Part shown: positions 47,911-57,615 of the stretch, piece after piece
Position numbering within the stretch: the first letter of the stretch is position 1
Layout of the letters: every line of letters begins with the position of its first letter
IMG/VR virus record: IMGVR_UViG_3300027749_002876
Span: 460,566-524,565 of that record
Length of the DNA: 64,000 bases
Direction: 5' to 3' (one strand)
Notes under the pieces: generated by a model
The model's input: the letters and a program-made list of their open reading frames with translations, nothing else
What the model was told of the DNA's origin: nothing
Database searches by the model: none
Program-made: the position numbers and the translations under genes

Positions 47911-50628
47911 TTACCCGAAGCTGAACAAATCATCAAATGTACTATTAGTATCTGTACTACTACGAATATCCCAACCAAGTACGCCCAGTAAGTTATCAAT
48001 CTTCTCATCAACCAATGTTTGTTCCATTGCTTGGTCATCAAAAGGTAACTCGGTGAACCATTTTGGTAATCGTAATTCGTCAACCGGATATGCAACTGAA
48101 GTGAAGCCTAATGGATTGGGTTTAAGTTTACATACTACTACCTTCATACCATCAATAATCTTTTGACTATAGTTATCGCTATTCACTCTACGCAAGTAGT
48201 TGTAATTCAATGCCGCTCTTACGTGTCCGGGCATATTAGCACGACCTGTACTGCTCTTGGCTTCTAAGTCACCGTACATTGTAAGTTTATTAACACCTTT
48301 GGGTGAGCCTTTAGTCCAACTGTCTTGTGCAGTTAATACACGTTTAAAGTCTTTGATAGCTTCAATGACCTCGTCACGACCTTTACCTTGTTGCAGAACC
48401 ATTTGCAATACATTCATTAAGAATTCTTGTATGTATTTAGGAGTATCAGCACGTTTCAAGTCAAGACCCATAGCTTTGATATCACCAAGCTTACCATCTT
48501 TGTCTTTACGCTTACCTTCTTTGTCAAAGATGTTAATAGCATAACGCTTCTTAACCATAAAGATAGCACGATCACCAATCAGTTCACGACCAGCTTTGAT
48601 AATTTCACCATTCTTTCTTGGAGCGTGAAACGCCTTCTCCATAAATGATGGGAAACTTTCATTAGCTTGGTCTGCGATACTATCGTATAGTCCGATACAG
48701 AGTTCTTTGTCCCATACCAATTCACCTTTATCAATCTGTGGCTTGAGTGTGGGATAAGCTGTGAAGTAACAACTATCAGTATCACCATATACAATTGCAT
48801 TTCCTTCGTGTGAATACGTACCTTCAACTGATTCATTGATAGTACTCATCATATGCCGAACAATCTGACGACCACTTAGTGTAACACTTTGACCTATGCG
48901 CTTATCATAGAATCTGCAATGTTCATTTAACAATGCACCATATGCCGAGTTCAATAAAATCTTACGAACAAGTTGTCGCTTGTCCCAATATTCTCTATCC
49001 TCAGTCGTAGTTGACTCTTTGAGTTTCTTCTGCATTTCTTTACGGTCTGAGTACCAGCGTGTTAGTAGACCAGGAACAATACCTTCTTTTTCATAAGTAA
49101 AGATTGTACCATTAGCACTTAACATCCAAGGCTTGTGACTGTCGAATATCATCTTCCAGACTTCTGCCGCACTCATTTCTTCAGTACGACCATCTTCAAA
49201 GTCAACTATAAGCATAGTACCACGTTCTTGATTCATAACCGCAGTATATTCTAATGCACCAAACAAATTCTCCCATAGTATAGCACCAGTCACATCATCG
49301 TCACCTTCTTTATAGCGTTTCTTCTCACTGGCTAGTCGAAGGCCTTTGTCTTTCATGTACTGGTCTGTGATTGTCTGTCTGATTTGAGCAACGATGGTTT
49401 CACCACCCATGTTGAGGCTACGAATAACCGAGGGATAGAGCGAGTTAATGTCGACGGCTCCGACATATTCATGCATGCCTCTTTTCGGCGTAGCAACAAA
49501 GGCACCTGCTGCCTGCTGGATTTCTTCTTCATTTTCAACCTTTCGTTTTTTATCTGGAACAACTAAGCCACGTTCGTGTGCTTCATTAAAAATTGCCATC
49601 TCAATCATTGCCACTGAACCCATAACTGTTGGAAGCAGTACTGTGTTCTCATGTGCAAGTTGATTAGCTAATTCTAAAAACTTTAGTTTGTTGTGAATCT
49701 TCACCAACAACATTGTATCTTGTCTGTTGTATTCAATGAACTTTTTAAAGTCTTTGTTATACAGTTGGTCAAGCGTGCCTTCATATTGTGTTTTGTTTTC
49801 ACCTACTTCCATCTCACCGATACTATCAAGTTTATAACTATGGCGTGATTCATAGTTATACTTTTTGTACAACTGTAGATAGTCCAAGTGAATACGACCT
49901 ACTAAGTCATAAGTTGTTTCACTCTTACCGAATCGTTCATACTCTCTAGCTTTAGGAAGTTGACCCATCAAGCAAAACTTGCGTGTGTCATCTTTACTCA
50001 TCACCCTAGTAACACGATTGACCATATAGGGAATATCATAGCCCTCTGAGTTCCAACCAGTCAATACATCAGCATCTTCAATAAGTTGAAAAAAAACATC
50101 AAACATTTCCTTTTCTGTTTTGAAAAGCATTGTGTTTTCAAATCCACCAGCGATTTCTAATGCGGTTTCACTAGACATATGTTTGGGAGCAATTACTAAC
50201 GTAATACATTGGTCTAGCCAATCTAAGTAACAACTGATAGCAGTTACAGGATTGAATGGATCACTAGTAGGACTGAAACCTTTATCTGGATCAAAGTCTA
50301 CCTCAATGTCAAAGAAACAAGTATGAAGTTTAGGAGCGTCAACTTTTAAATAGTTTTCACTTAGACAACGGAAGACAACATTGATATCACTTTCAAATAA
50401 TTTCTTACCTGAATGAATGCGTCTTTCTTTTTCAAACTCTTGTCGTTTGCGTGTACTGAAACGACTGACTGGGTCACCATAGATACTACGATGCTTACCT
50501 TTATTATTAGGATAATATAATACATAGTTAGTAGGATACTCTTTATACTCTCGTTTACCTTGAGGTGACCGTTCTACTACATAGATGCGATCCTCATCTT
50601 TACTGTGAATGGCATCCACATAACTCAA
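47911..50628 (-). CDS. Family B DNA polymerase (gp43-like)
   Basis: Exonuclease FDIE, GWNSEGYD, YNRQD; polymerase DINSLYPS, KILLNSAYG, YGDTDS, KKRY. Confidence 0.96.
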   Translation of the reverse strand: MSYVDAIHSKDEDRIYVVERSPQGKREYKEYPTNYVLYYPNNKGKHRSIYGDPVSRFSTRKRQEFEKERRIHSGKKLFESDINVVFRCLSENYLKVDAPKLHTCFFDIEVDFDPDKGFSPTSDPFNPVTAISCYLDWLDQCITLVIAPKHMSSETALEIAGGFENTMLFKTEKEMFDVFFQLIEDADVLTGWNSEGYDIPYMVNRVTRVMSKDDTRKFCLMGQLPKAREYERFGKSETTYDLVGRIHLDYLQLYKKYNYESRHSYKLDSIGEMEVGENKTQYEGTLDQLYNKDFKKFIEYNRQDTMLLVKIHNKLKFLELANQLAHENTVLLPTVMGSVAMIEMAIFNEAHERGLVVPDKKRKVENEEEIQQAAGAFVATPKRGMHEYVGAVDINSLYPSVIRSLNMGGETIVAQIRQTITDQYMKDKGLRLASEKKRYKEGDDDVTGAILWENLFGALEYTAVMNQERGTMLIVDFEDGRTEEMSAAEVWKMIFDSHKPWMLSANGTIFTYEKEGIVPGLLTRWYSDRKEMQKKLKESTTTEDREYWDKRQLVRKILLNSAYGALLNEHCRFYDKRIGQSVTLSGRQIVRHMMSTINESVEGTYSHEGNAIVYGDTDSCYFTAYPTLKPQIDKGELVWDKELCIGLYDSIADQANESFPSFMEKAFHAPRKNGEIIKAGRELIGDRAIFMVKKRYAINIFDKEGKRKDKDGKLGDIKAMGLDLKRADTPKYIQEFLMNVLQMVLQQGKGRDEVIEAIKDFKRVLTAQDSWTKGSPKGVNKLTMYGDLEAKSSTGRANMPGHVRAALNYNYLRRVNSDNYSQKIIDGMKVVVCKLKPNPLGFTSVAYPVDELRLPKWFTELPFDDQAMEQTLVDEKIDNLLGVLGWDIRSSTDTNSTFDDLFSFG

Positions 50629-50891
50629 AGTGTTTTCCCTACAGTTTCTAGGATCGTATTGAGTTCATCATGGTCTTTGTTAGTCTGACCGAGACTTGCT
50701 TTGTGAGCAATTTTAATTGCTTTTTTTAATGTACTAGCTTTGATTTCAAGTTCCTCGGCAACCGCTTTTACTGTATCCGAAAGTCCACCATTCAATGTAT
50801 CAATCTCATGTAGGACTGTCATACCTTCATTAATTAATTGTGTAAGTTTAATCTTAGCTTCACCATTAAACGTTCTATTATAATCTGACAT
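50625..50891 (-). CDS. Small dsDNA-binding protein (T4 DsbA/GapR-like)
   Basis: 88-aa helical protein, VKAVAEELEIKASTLKKAIKIAH; promoter TTGACT-17-TATACT at 50915-50943. Confidence 0.55.
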   Translation of the reverse strand: MSDYNRTFNGEAKIKLTQLINEGMTVLHEIDTLNGGLSDTVKAVAEELEIKASTLKKAIKIAHKASLGQTNKDHDELNTILETVGKTL

Positions 50892-50939
50892 AGTTTCTCC
50901 TTAAATAATTAGTTAGTATACTTGAGTTGCGTAGAGAAG

Positions 50940-51536
50940 TCAAGTATTTTGTTTACCTTGTACAATCTTCTTGACCAAAGTATGTAGTCCTGGATTGACA
51001 TGTAATGCATGTGGCATCAATTCATTACGAACATAGTTACGCATATAGCGTGAGTTTTTGTTTGATTCATCTTCAAGCCAGGGTACGTTATGACTCTCAC
51101 ACCAATAGATAAACTCCTGTTTGCGTGTAGTTAAGAATGGTCTGATTACATTGTTGCGTGTTAATGGAATAACTTTGGGTGTACCATGTAAGCTTGACCA
51201 AATATATGTTTCAACACAATCATCTAAGTGATGACAAGTGATGACTGGCCCAAGACCACTTAAAAAATCATAACGTTCTCTACGCCAGTATTCTTCTTGA
51301 CTTTCTTTACTACCCTTTTGACTTCGTGGTGATCCATATAGCATTGGGATATTATTATCACTGCAATATCTGGAAACAAATTGTGAGGCTTTTTCACCGT
51401 TTTGTGTTCTGTGATTAAAATGGGCAATCGTTACTTCGTGCTTGCGACTTAAAAAGTCAACTACTGCCATGCTATCTACACCACCGCTACAAGCGACTGT
51501 GATACTTTTGGGTAATGGAACTGTTAGCTTAATCAT
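50940..51536 (-). CDS. tilS: tRNA(Ile)-lysidine synthase-like (PP-loop domain only)
   Basis: ACSGGVDS, HFNH, RRERY, HHLDDCVET, IRPFL, EDESN...RNYVR. Confidence 0.85.
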   Translation of the reverse strand: MIKLTVPLPKSITVACSGGVDSMAVVDFLSRKHEVTIAHFNHRTQNGEKASQFVSRYCSDNNIPMLYGSPRSQKGSKESQEEYWRRERYDFLSGLGPVITCHHLDDCVETYIWSSLHGTPKVIPLTRNNVIRPFLTTRKQEFIYWCESHNVPWLEDESNKNSRYMRNYVRNELMPHALHVNPGLHTLVKKIVQGKQNT

Positions 51537-51542
51537 CTATAC

Positions 51543-51571
51543 ATTATAGCATATAATGATTTGTTTAGCAA
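51543..51571 (-). promoter_or_regulatory. Sigma70-type promoter, leaderless tilS transcript
   Basis: TTGCTA-17-TATAAT-GTATAG-ATG. Confidence 0.7.
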
Positions 51572-51588
51572 CGATTATGGATAGTTGG

Positions 51589-52542
51589 TTAACCGTAGGC
51601 TGCGGCTGCTAATTGGGTTCTAGCAGTACCTACACCAGTAGTGTCACTAGCAACTACACCTGTATTACTTACTAGATTGGTTGTTGATACTGCAACAGTT
51701 GTAGTACCATAACCAAATATAGCGTTATCAGTACCATAACCAGCGGCAGCTAGGTTATACCTAGCTGTACCTACACCAGTGGTGTCAGTGGCCACTACGC
51801 CTGTATTACTTACTAGATTAGTTATGGCTGTTCTACCAGCACCTCCGCTGGTAGTACCAAATCCAAATATAGCTTTATCTGTGCCGTATCCGGCAGCCGC
51901 CAAGGCATTTCTAGCAGTACCTACACCTGTGGTGTCTGTGGCTACAACACCGGCGTTACTTACTAGGTTAGTCACGGCTGTGGATGCACTATTGTCAAGT
52001 CCGTAACCAAATACAGCTTTGTCAGTGCTGTACCTTGCGGCTGCCAGGTTAACTCTGGCAGTACCTACACCTGTGGTATCTGTGGCCACTACTCCTGTAT
52101 TACTTACTAGATTAGTCATTGATACTCTGGCAAAAGAAGAATTATCTCCATACCCAAATATAGCTTTATCTGTACCATAACCAGCAGCCGCCAACGAATA
52201 TCTAGCAGTACCAACACCTGTGGTGTCAGTGGCTACAACACCAGCGTTACTTACTAGATTAGTCATGGATACAACGGTGCTGCCATCAGTAGTCCCGTAA
52301 CCAAATATAGCTTTATCTGTGCCATAGCCTGCGGCTGCTGGTCCGAATCTAGCAGTACCTACTCCTGCAGTATCAGTTGCTACTACACCTGTGTTTGATA
52401 CTAAATTGGTCATTGACACACCGGCAAAAGTAGGATTACCTACATATCCATAACCAAATATAGCTTTATTACCACTCGGTCCGGGAGAAACAGTACATCC
52501 AGCACCAGTAAATGTTATACCACCTGTTATTGTAATTGACAT
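51589..52542 (-). CDS. Six-repeat beta-propeller-like virion/adhesin protein (paralogue 1)
   Basis: 6 x ~48-aa KAIFGYG-var-TNLVSNTGVVATDTTGVGTAR-xx-LAAAGYGTD. Confidence 0.75.
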   Translation of the reverse strand: MSITITGGITFTGAGCTVSPGPSGNKAIFGYGYVGNPTFAGVSMTNLVSNTGVVATDTAGVGTARFGPAAAGYGTDKAIFGYGTTDGSTVVSMTNLVSNAGVVATDTTGVGTARYSLAAAGYGTDKAIFGYGDNSSFARVSMTNLVSNTGVVATDTTGVGTARVNLAAARYSTDKAVFGYGLDNSASTAVTNLVSNAGVVATDTTGVGTARNALAAAGYGTDKAIFGFGTTSGGAGRTAITNLVSNTGVVATDTTGVGTARYNLAAAGYGTDNAIFGYGTTTVAVSTTNLVSNTGVVASDTTGVGTARTQLAAAAYG

Positions 52543-52551
52543 GTTATTCCT

Positions 52552-53121
52552 TTATTGAAAGATATGATGATTCTGTTCCCCGTATATCTTAATATATTTA
52601 CCAGCAAGCATATCTGCCATTGCTTCTATTGGACTACCTGGATAACTATCACCCGGATCAATCATATCTAATTCACCTTGACGGACATGTACCAATTCGT
52701 GGAATACTGTGCGTAGTATATCTACTAGGTTACGATTTTTAGCATATACCCAAATACTATCATCACCCATTTTATGTCCTCCAGTATGATGATTATTTTG
52801 TGCTTCATCAGTATCCATACTGAGTTCAATACGTGGTTTGTTTTTTAGATGTAATCGTTTACATGCCCAATCACAGAACTTATCAACTTCTTGTTGTAGT
52901 TCACTACTATCACCCTCGTCTAGTTTATTCTTAATCCAACTATCCGGACTACGATGGAATTTCTTTACGAACAAGTCATGTAGTGCTTTACCAGTGATAC
53001 TATGTTTGCTAGCAATTCTTCGCATCAATTTATCAATGGTATTATAATCGTGCTTTTCCAAACTAGGCAATTTTCTTGCTAGTTCTTTTGCGGCTGATTC
53101 GTATAGTTCTATTGATTTCAT
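52552..53121 (-). CDS. Late protein with HExxH metallopeptidase motif
   Basis: Start revised to MKSIELYES, 5 nt after ATAAATA; LRTVFHELVH...PIEAMA. Confidence 0.7.
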   Translation of the reverse strand: MKSIELYESAAKELARKLPSLEKHDYNTIDKLMRRIASKHSITGKALHDLFVKKFHRSPDSWIKNKLDEGDSSELQQEVDKFCDWACKRLHLKNKPRIELSMDTDEAQNNHHTGGHKMGDDSIWVYAKNRNLVDILRTVFHELVHVRQGELDMIDPGDSYPGSPIEAMADMLAGKYIKIYGEQNHHIFQ

Positions 53122-53133
53122 ATTAGTATTTAT

Positions 53134-53224
53134 GCTCACTTTTGATTTCACAGTAGCGAATTGTTACATCAGGCCAGCAGCCGGCCCACACTTTATAACG
53201 CAAAGGTCCTAAGGTAGTGTGTTC
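53134..53224 (-). ncRNA. Candidate structured RNA of unknown class
   Basis: GC-richer intergenic: CACACU/AGUGUG, GGCCGG/CUGGCC, UGAU..ACA/UGU..AUCA stems; loop UUCGC can pair with 3' GUGAG. Confidence 0.45.
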
Positions 53225-54037
53225 TTAATCATTCGTTTTACATTTAGCACGTTTACTATTAGTTAATAGACCGTAATCTACTGGCCATTCTTTACCAGGC
53301 TGTAATTCTTTAGCATTAGCAGGGAAATGATACTTTACACCTGCATATTCTTGTATCTGTGCTAATGGTGCACGAAATTGTGTTAAATCATTACCCAAGT
53401 TAACATATGGTTTCTTATGTGGGAATTGCCATCCAGCAACTTCTTTTGTAGTATTATTAATTACAATCTTGTAGTACCCATGAGGCACAACTACTCCGTT
53501 ACCAATCTTCTCATTGCTAGGTCCATAGTATGCACCTACATAGATAGTAAACGGTTGCTTTAATTGTACTGCCCAGCCACGAATACTTGTTTCTAATAGT
53601 TTCCATATACCACGATTTAAACTACCATGTTGCGGATACATATTAGTCATTAAGAAACTTTCGTATTCTACAATTTGACTATAACTTAAATCACCATCTG
53701 GTGCGGCATGACCTTTGTCATAACCTGTAGCTACATAATCATCAGGCTTTGCACCATCTTTAATACTAGCATCAGCAACAAAAGCGTTTGTACGTGGGAA
53801 ACATCCTAATGCGTTTTCTGGTTTTAATGTATATGCTACATAGACTGGAATCTTAGCAGGAGCATCATATGCTACAAGATATGCTTCACGGCATATAGGT
53901 TGTGATGGTCTTTGTGTTTGTGCGAATCCATATGGACTATGTACTTGACATTGTTGTGGTGGTAATGGTATACGTTGATCCCAAGCAAAGGCATTTATTG
54001 ATAGCATTACTGCTAGTATTGTTAATAGTTTTTTCAT
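53225..54037 (-). CDS. Secreted DNA/RNA non-specific endonuclease (NucA/EndoG family)
   Basis: Signal peptide; YDKGHAAP, ESFLMTNMYPQ, LNRGIW..LE, VPHGYYK. Confidence 0.9.
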   Translation of the reverse strand: MKKLLTILAVMLSINAFAWDQRIPLPPQQCQVHSPYGFAQTQRPSQPICREAYLVAYDAPAKIPVYVAYTLKPENALGCFPRTNAFVADASIKDGAKPDDYVATGYDKGHAAPDGDLSYSQIVEYESFLMTNMYPQHGSLNRGIWKLLETSIRGWAVQLKQPFTIYVGAYYGPSNEKIGNGVVVPHGYYKIVINNTTKEVAGWQFPHKKPYVNLGNDLTQFRAPLAQIQEYAGVKYHFPANAKELQPGKEWPVDYGLLTNSKRAKCKTND

Positions 54038-55230
54038 AATAATATATTTTTGTAATCAACGAAATTTGCATGTCTATCTTCTAGACCTTTGCCGGCAGGG
54101 TTAATTTTTTGTGTTACTGCTTTTGTATCGTTGAAGTTATTTATACTAGGTTTGACACGTGTTTGCCAATACCATACAGCAATTTTGGCTGCAACGTCTG
54201 GTCGTTCTGCTAATTCAGGTTGTTGTAGTAGAGGAATATTTAATGCTGTTTGTGCCATGCGATAATTATCACGACCAGTCAATTGAATGAATCCACGACC
54301 ATGGTATTTTTCACCATCTCCGGGTTGTTTGTTACCTAGTATTTTAGCAGTACGTGGTGCAAACTTAGGATCATATTTTTTAGCAAAATAGTTTGGACCC
54401 ATGCTTTTTTCTTTTAACCTACTGAAGTTCCAAGATTCATGTTTAGTTTGACCCATAAGTTGTGCCAATTCAGTGCCAACAATGCCGGCTTGTCTAGCAG
54501 TTTTTTGCATCATTGTTTCTTCTTGTGGATTATTACTTAGTGTGGTTATATTGTTTGCTACAGCTTTAGGTTCAGGTTGTGCCGGTTCATCTTGTTTATT
54601 TTGTGAATTATAATTACCTATCATACTACCCACTGTAGCGGCACCTAAACTACCTAGTGCAAATCCCCTGCGAGATATATCGTCAGCTATTATGTTACGA
54701 TTCTTTACTTTGCTAATCTCAATACTGATTGGTGTATTGGTAGTCATTGCCCTAAAGATTTTTTCAGTTTCACCCTGACCTGGTTTAAGTTTTGCTGATA
54801 TTATGTTGAATCGTAACCTATTCTTTTTAACACCAATGAACTCTCCTATTAATACTTCATAGTTAGGATAGTTAGGTGACAAATCCACTTTGGGATTTTC
54901 TTGTTCTTCTAAATAAAATACATCTTCATCCGGTGATGTTTGTAATGTTGGATGTGCTGTTAATACAATATATGCATTTTCACCATGATTATCTTTTTGC
55001 TTAGACATTGCTACTCCTAAATCAGGAGTTCTAACTACAAAAGTAATATATGGCATTTTTATTAGTTCATGTCCACGTTTAGTTTCTAATTTATGTAATA
55101 CTCGAAGGACTTTTTCTATAGGAATATTACGTTTTGAACCGTCACTTCTATCATTAATGAAGTGTTTGCTCACAACTAAATATCCGTCTGCAAAGGGTAT
55201 TTCTTTATTAATAAATTCTGTTGCTCTCAT
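54034..55230 (-). CDS. MRAxEF-leader modular protein with C-terminal GH19 chitinase/lysozyme
   Basis: MRATEFINKE; AQLMGQTKHES, YHGRGFIQLTGRDNY, AVWYW, TQKIN...GLEDR. Confidence 0.85.
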   Translation of the reverse strand: MRATEFINKEIPFADGYLVVSKHFINDRSDGSKRNIPIEKVLRVLHKLETKRGHELIKMPYITFVVRTPDLGVAMSKQKDNHGENAYIVLTAHPTLQTSPDEDVFYLEEQENPKVDLSPNYPNYEVLIGEFIGVKKNRLRFNIISAKLKPGQGETEKIFRAMTTNTPISIEISKVKNRNIIADDISRRGFALGSLGAATVGSMIGNYNSQNKQDEPAQPEPKAVANNITTLSNNPQEETMMQKTARQAGIVGTELAQLMGQTKHESWNFSRLKEKSMGPNYFAKKYDPKFAPRTAKILGNKQPGDGEKYHGRGFIQLTGRDNYRMAQTALNIPLLQQPELAERPDVAAKIAVWYWQTRVKPSINNFNDTKAVTQKINPAGKGLEDRHANFVDYKNILL

Positions 55231-55231
55231 A

Positions 55232-57595
55232 TTAGCTCATTATAGGTAATACTTCAATGTCCGTACCTTGATCGTACCCATTGTCTCTTAGCCATTGAAT
55301 AGCTACACGATTAGCATCACGTTGAACATTGCCTATGCCACTAAAACGATGTACTTCACGTCCGTCTGCCATTACTTTCCAAGCACCGGTGAATGAACCA
55401 GGTATTTGTCTTTGTTGTTGAATAGCATTAGTGCTATCTGGGGCGGGTGCAGGTTGATCCATACGTGATAGACCATACCCTCGTCTATCAATACCCTGAT
55501 CCAATAACCAAGCTTGAGCTTTTTCTCTCGCATCTTCAACTGATGTAGCTTGGAATGTATAAACTATACTTTGGTCTGCTGTTCTGTATAGTTTGTAATC
55601 TTGTGTTTCGCCACTTGGTTCATTAGTAGCACGAATTGGTTGTGCTAGTATAGGTTCACTATCACCAACACGTCTTATACCAAATATGTCTCTAGCTTGT
55701 CTTGCTGGAAATCTGTGTGGACCGTGTTCAAGATAATCATTTAGTCGAATCAATGCTTCTCTATCATTAGTAATGCCTTCAGCATCCTCTACCTTTCTAT
55801 TAGTATCCAAATTAAATATTTCATATTTTGGTTTATCATCTTTAGGTTCTTCAAACTTACGAACTGGATAAACAGCGGCAGCAGTTAATGCACCTAAACG
55901 AATGTTCCATTCATCTGATGCTTTTTGTAGTGCTTCTTCTTTACTTGTAGCAACAACTTCAATACTTGCACCACTACGGCCACGACCTTCTTTATCAACA
56001 CGATACCAATACTTTTTGCCAACTTCATTGTCAGCCTTTACTTTACGTTCTATCTGTGCTTGTTTAACAAAGCTACGTAATGCAGCCTTTGGTAACTCAC
56101 CTGCGGCATACTTAGCAAAGTATTGAATCGTATCTGTATTATCTTTACTTGGCTCTAATAACTTATAAAGTTTTTTTAGATATTCTTTTCTATACTTCTG
56201 TGGGTCAACTGCGGCATCCAGTGCTACAACAAATCGTAACAGTGTGTTCTCAATCTTAGGTATATCAGTATCCAACCAATCACCTCCCGGGCTACGAAAC
56301 TCAATGTAACCATCTTTAGTATTGATACTTGTATATTTGGCTGTTGAACCACTATGAACTAGTTTGCTAGCAATATCACTTAGTCCACTTTTCATTCCAT
56401 CTAACAACTTTTTAGCGTTTGCTGGATTTTCTCTAATGTTATCTTTAACTTGTTTCAACGCACTCTTGCAAAAAGTGTTACCTTCACGGTCGAACTCTTT
56501 CAATATATATTCGTCACCTAATAGTAATGCTAGTTTAACATAGTCAAGCTTTTCTCTACTGAAGTCAGGAACACTTACGTTGATATGTAAGCCGGTACTA
56601 TCATTCGTATAGCAACCTGTTTTCTTAGCCCAAGCAACAACTTTGTTGAAGTCAGTTATCATTTCATCTATTGGCATTGGTGGACTTACAAACTCTAATC
56701 CAGCAGAACTGTAATCATCTGGCTCTAAGCTACCATCAGGTTCAACTACATAGTGACCTGCTTCTCTACGAGCACCGTGATAACGTTCGCTTGTATTGAC
56801 TGGCTTACCAATCATTCTACTGAACTCATCACCAACATCATCAACGCTTAAGTCACCACCATTGTCGGGATAAAACCAATGTGGCCAAGTAATATCATAG
56901 TTACTTTCAACGTCTTGCATTGTATAAAGACCTTCACTTTCTAACCAATCATTTTCGTCTGGCCAATCAGTTTCATCCATCCACTTTTCACGTGCATTGT
57001 CATACAATCTAGATTGTTCATCCCATTCTTCTTCAACAAACTGGTCGAACTTTTCACTTGCTAAATCGTGTGCTTCTTTCCAGTGTTTCCAAGCTTCATT
57101 GCCTTCTGTTTCACTGCGTTTAGATATCTTACCTGCTTTGTTCGCCGCTTCCTTTTGTTCATCTGTTAAGCCTAATTGGTCATACGCTTCATCAAGTGCG
57201 GCATCTTCATCAAACTCACCTTCACTTTCAATGTATTCACGTAGATAATCTTTACCTTCACTATCCCATTGTTCGCTACGTCTTTCATCTGCCCATTCGT
57301 GATAACCTTCAGTTAGCTCATCAACTAAACTATCTACTTCTCTAAGACCATTGTAGTTACGGTCATAGAAAAAGTTGCGTATGTTTTGAATACTACCAGC
57401 ACTTTCATCACTATCATAGTCAGCTTCTGGATCTCCGTCACCTTCTTCTCGTTTAACGTTTGGAACAATCATCTCAAATTCCATACCAGCCTGAGCACCA
57501 GTCTTAGCAGCCTCTTGCTTTAACCGTGTAGGATTCATTGCTACTTCGTCAAGTATCTCTGTATCTTCTAATATTATAAAGTCTGTTGCTCTCAT
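55232..57595 (-). CDS. MRAxEF-leader putative amidoligase (COOH-NH2 ligase) protein
   Basis: MRATDFIILE; GMEFE, EPDGSL, GLEFVSP, TNDSTGLHIN, KYTSIN, IEFRSPGG. Confidence 0.8.
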   Translation of the reverse strand: MRATDFIILEDTEILDEVAMNPTRLKQEAAKTGAQAGMEFEMIVPNVKREEGDGDPEADYDSDESAGSIQNIRNFFYDRNYNGLREVDSLVDELTEGYHEWADERRSEQWDSEGKDYLREYIESEGEFDEDAALDEAYDQLGLTDEQKEAANKAGKISKRSETEGNEAWKHWKEAHDLASEKFDQFVEEEWDEQSRLYDNAREKWMDETDWPDENDWLESEGLYTMQDVESNYDITWPHWFYPDNGGDLSVDDVGDEFSRMIGKPVNTSERYHGARREAGHYVVEPDGSLEPDDYSSAGLEFVSPPMPIDEMITDFNKVVAWAKKTGCYTNDSTGLHINVSVPDFSREKLDYVKLALLLGDEYILKEFDREGNTFCKSALKQVKDNIRENPANAKKLLDGMKSGLSDIASKLVHSGSTAKYTSINTKDGYIEFRSPGGDWLDTDIPKIENTLLRFVVALDAAVDPQKYRKEYLKKLYKLLEPSKDNTDTIQYFAKYAAGELPKAALRSFVKQAQIERKVKADNEVGKKYWYRVDKEGRGRSGASIEVVATSKEEALQKASDEWNIRLGALTAAAVYPVRKFEEPKDDKPKYEIFNLDTNRKVEDAEGITNDREALIRLNDYLEHGPHRFPARQARDIFGIRRVGDSEPILAQPIRATNEPSGETQDYKLYRTADQSIVYTFQATSVEDAREKAQAWLLDQGIDRRGYGLSRMDQPAPAPDSTNAIQQQRQIPGSFTGAWKVMADGREVHRFSGIGNVQRDANRVAIQWLRDNGYDQGTDIEVLPIMS

Positions 57596-57615
57596 TTTTA
57601 TTTCATCTTTTTTGT

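Noticed and set aside
53134-53224. Hammerhead ribozyme (CUGAUG...GAAA), SRP RNA or tRNA
   Set aside because: Core reads CUGAUGU rather than CUGANGA and stems I/III cannot be built; no SRP GNRA loop or tRNA cloverleaf. Kept only as an unclassified structured RNA.
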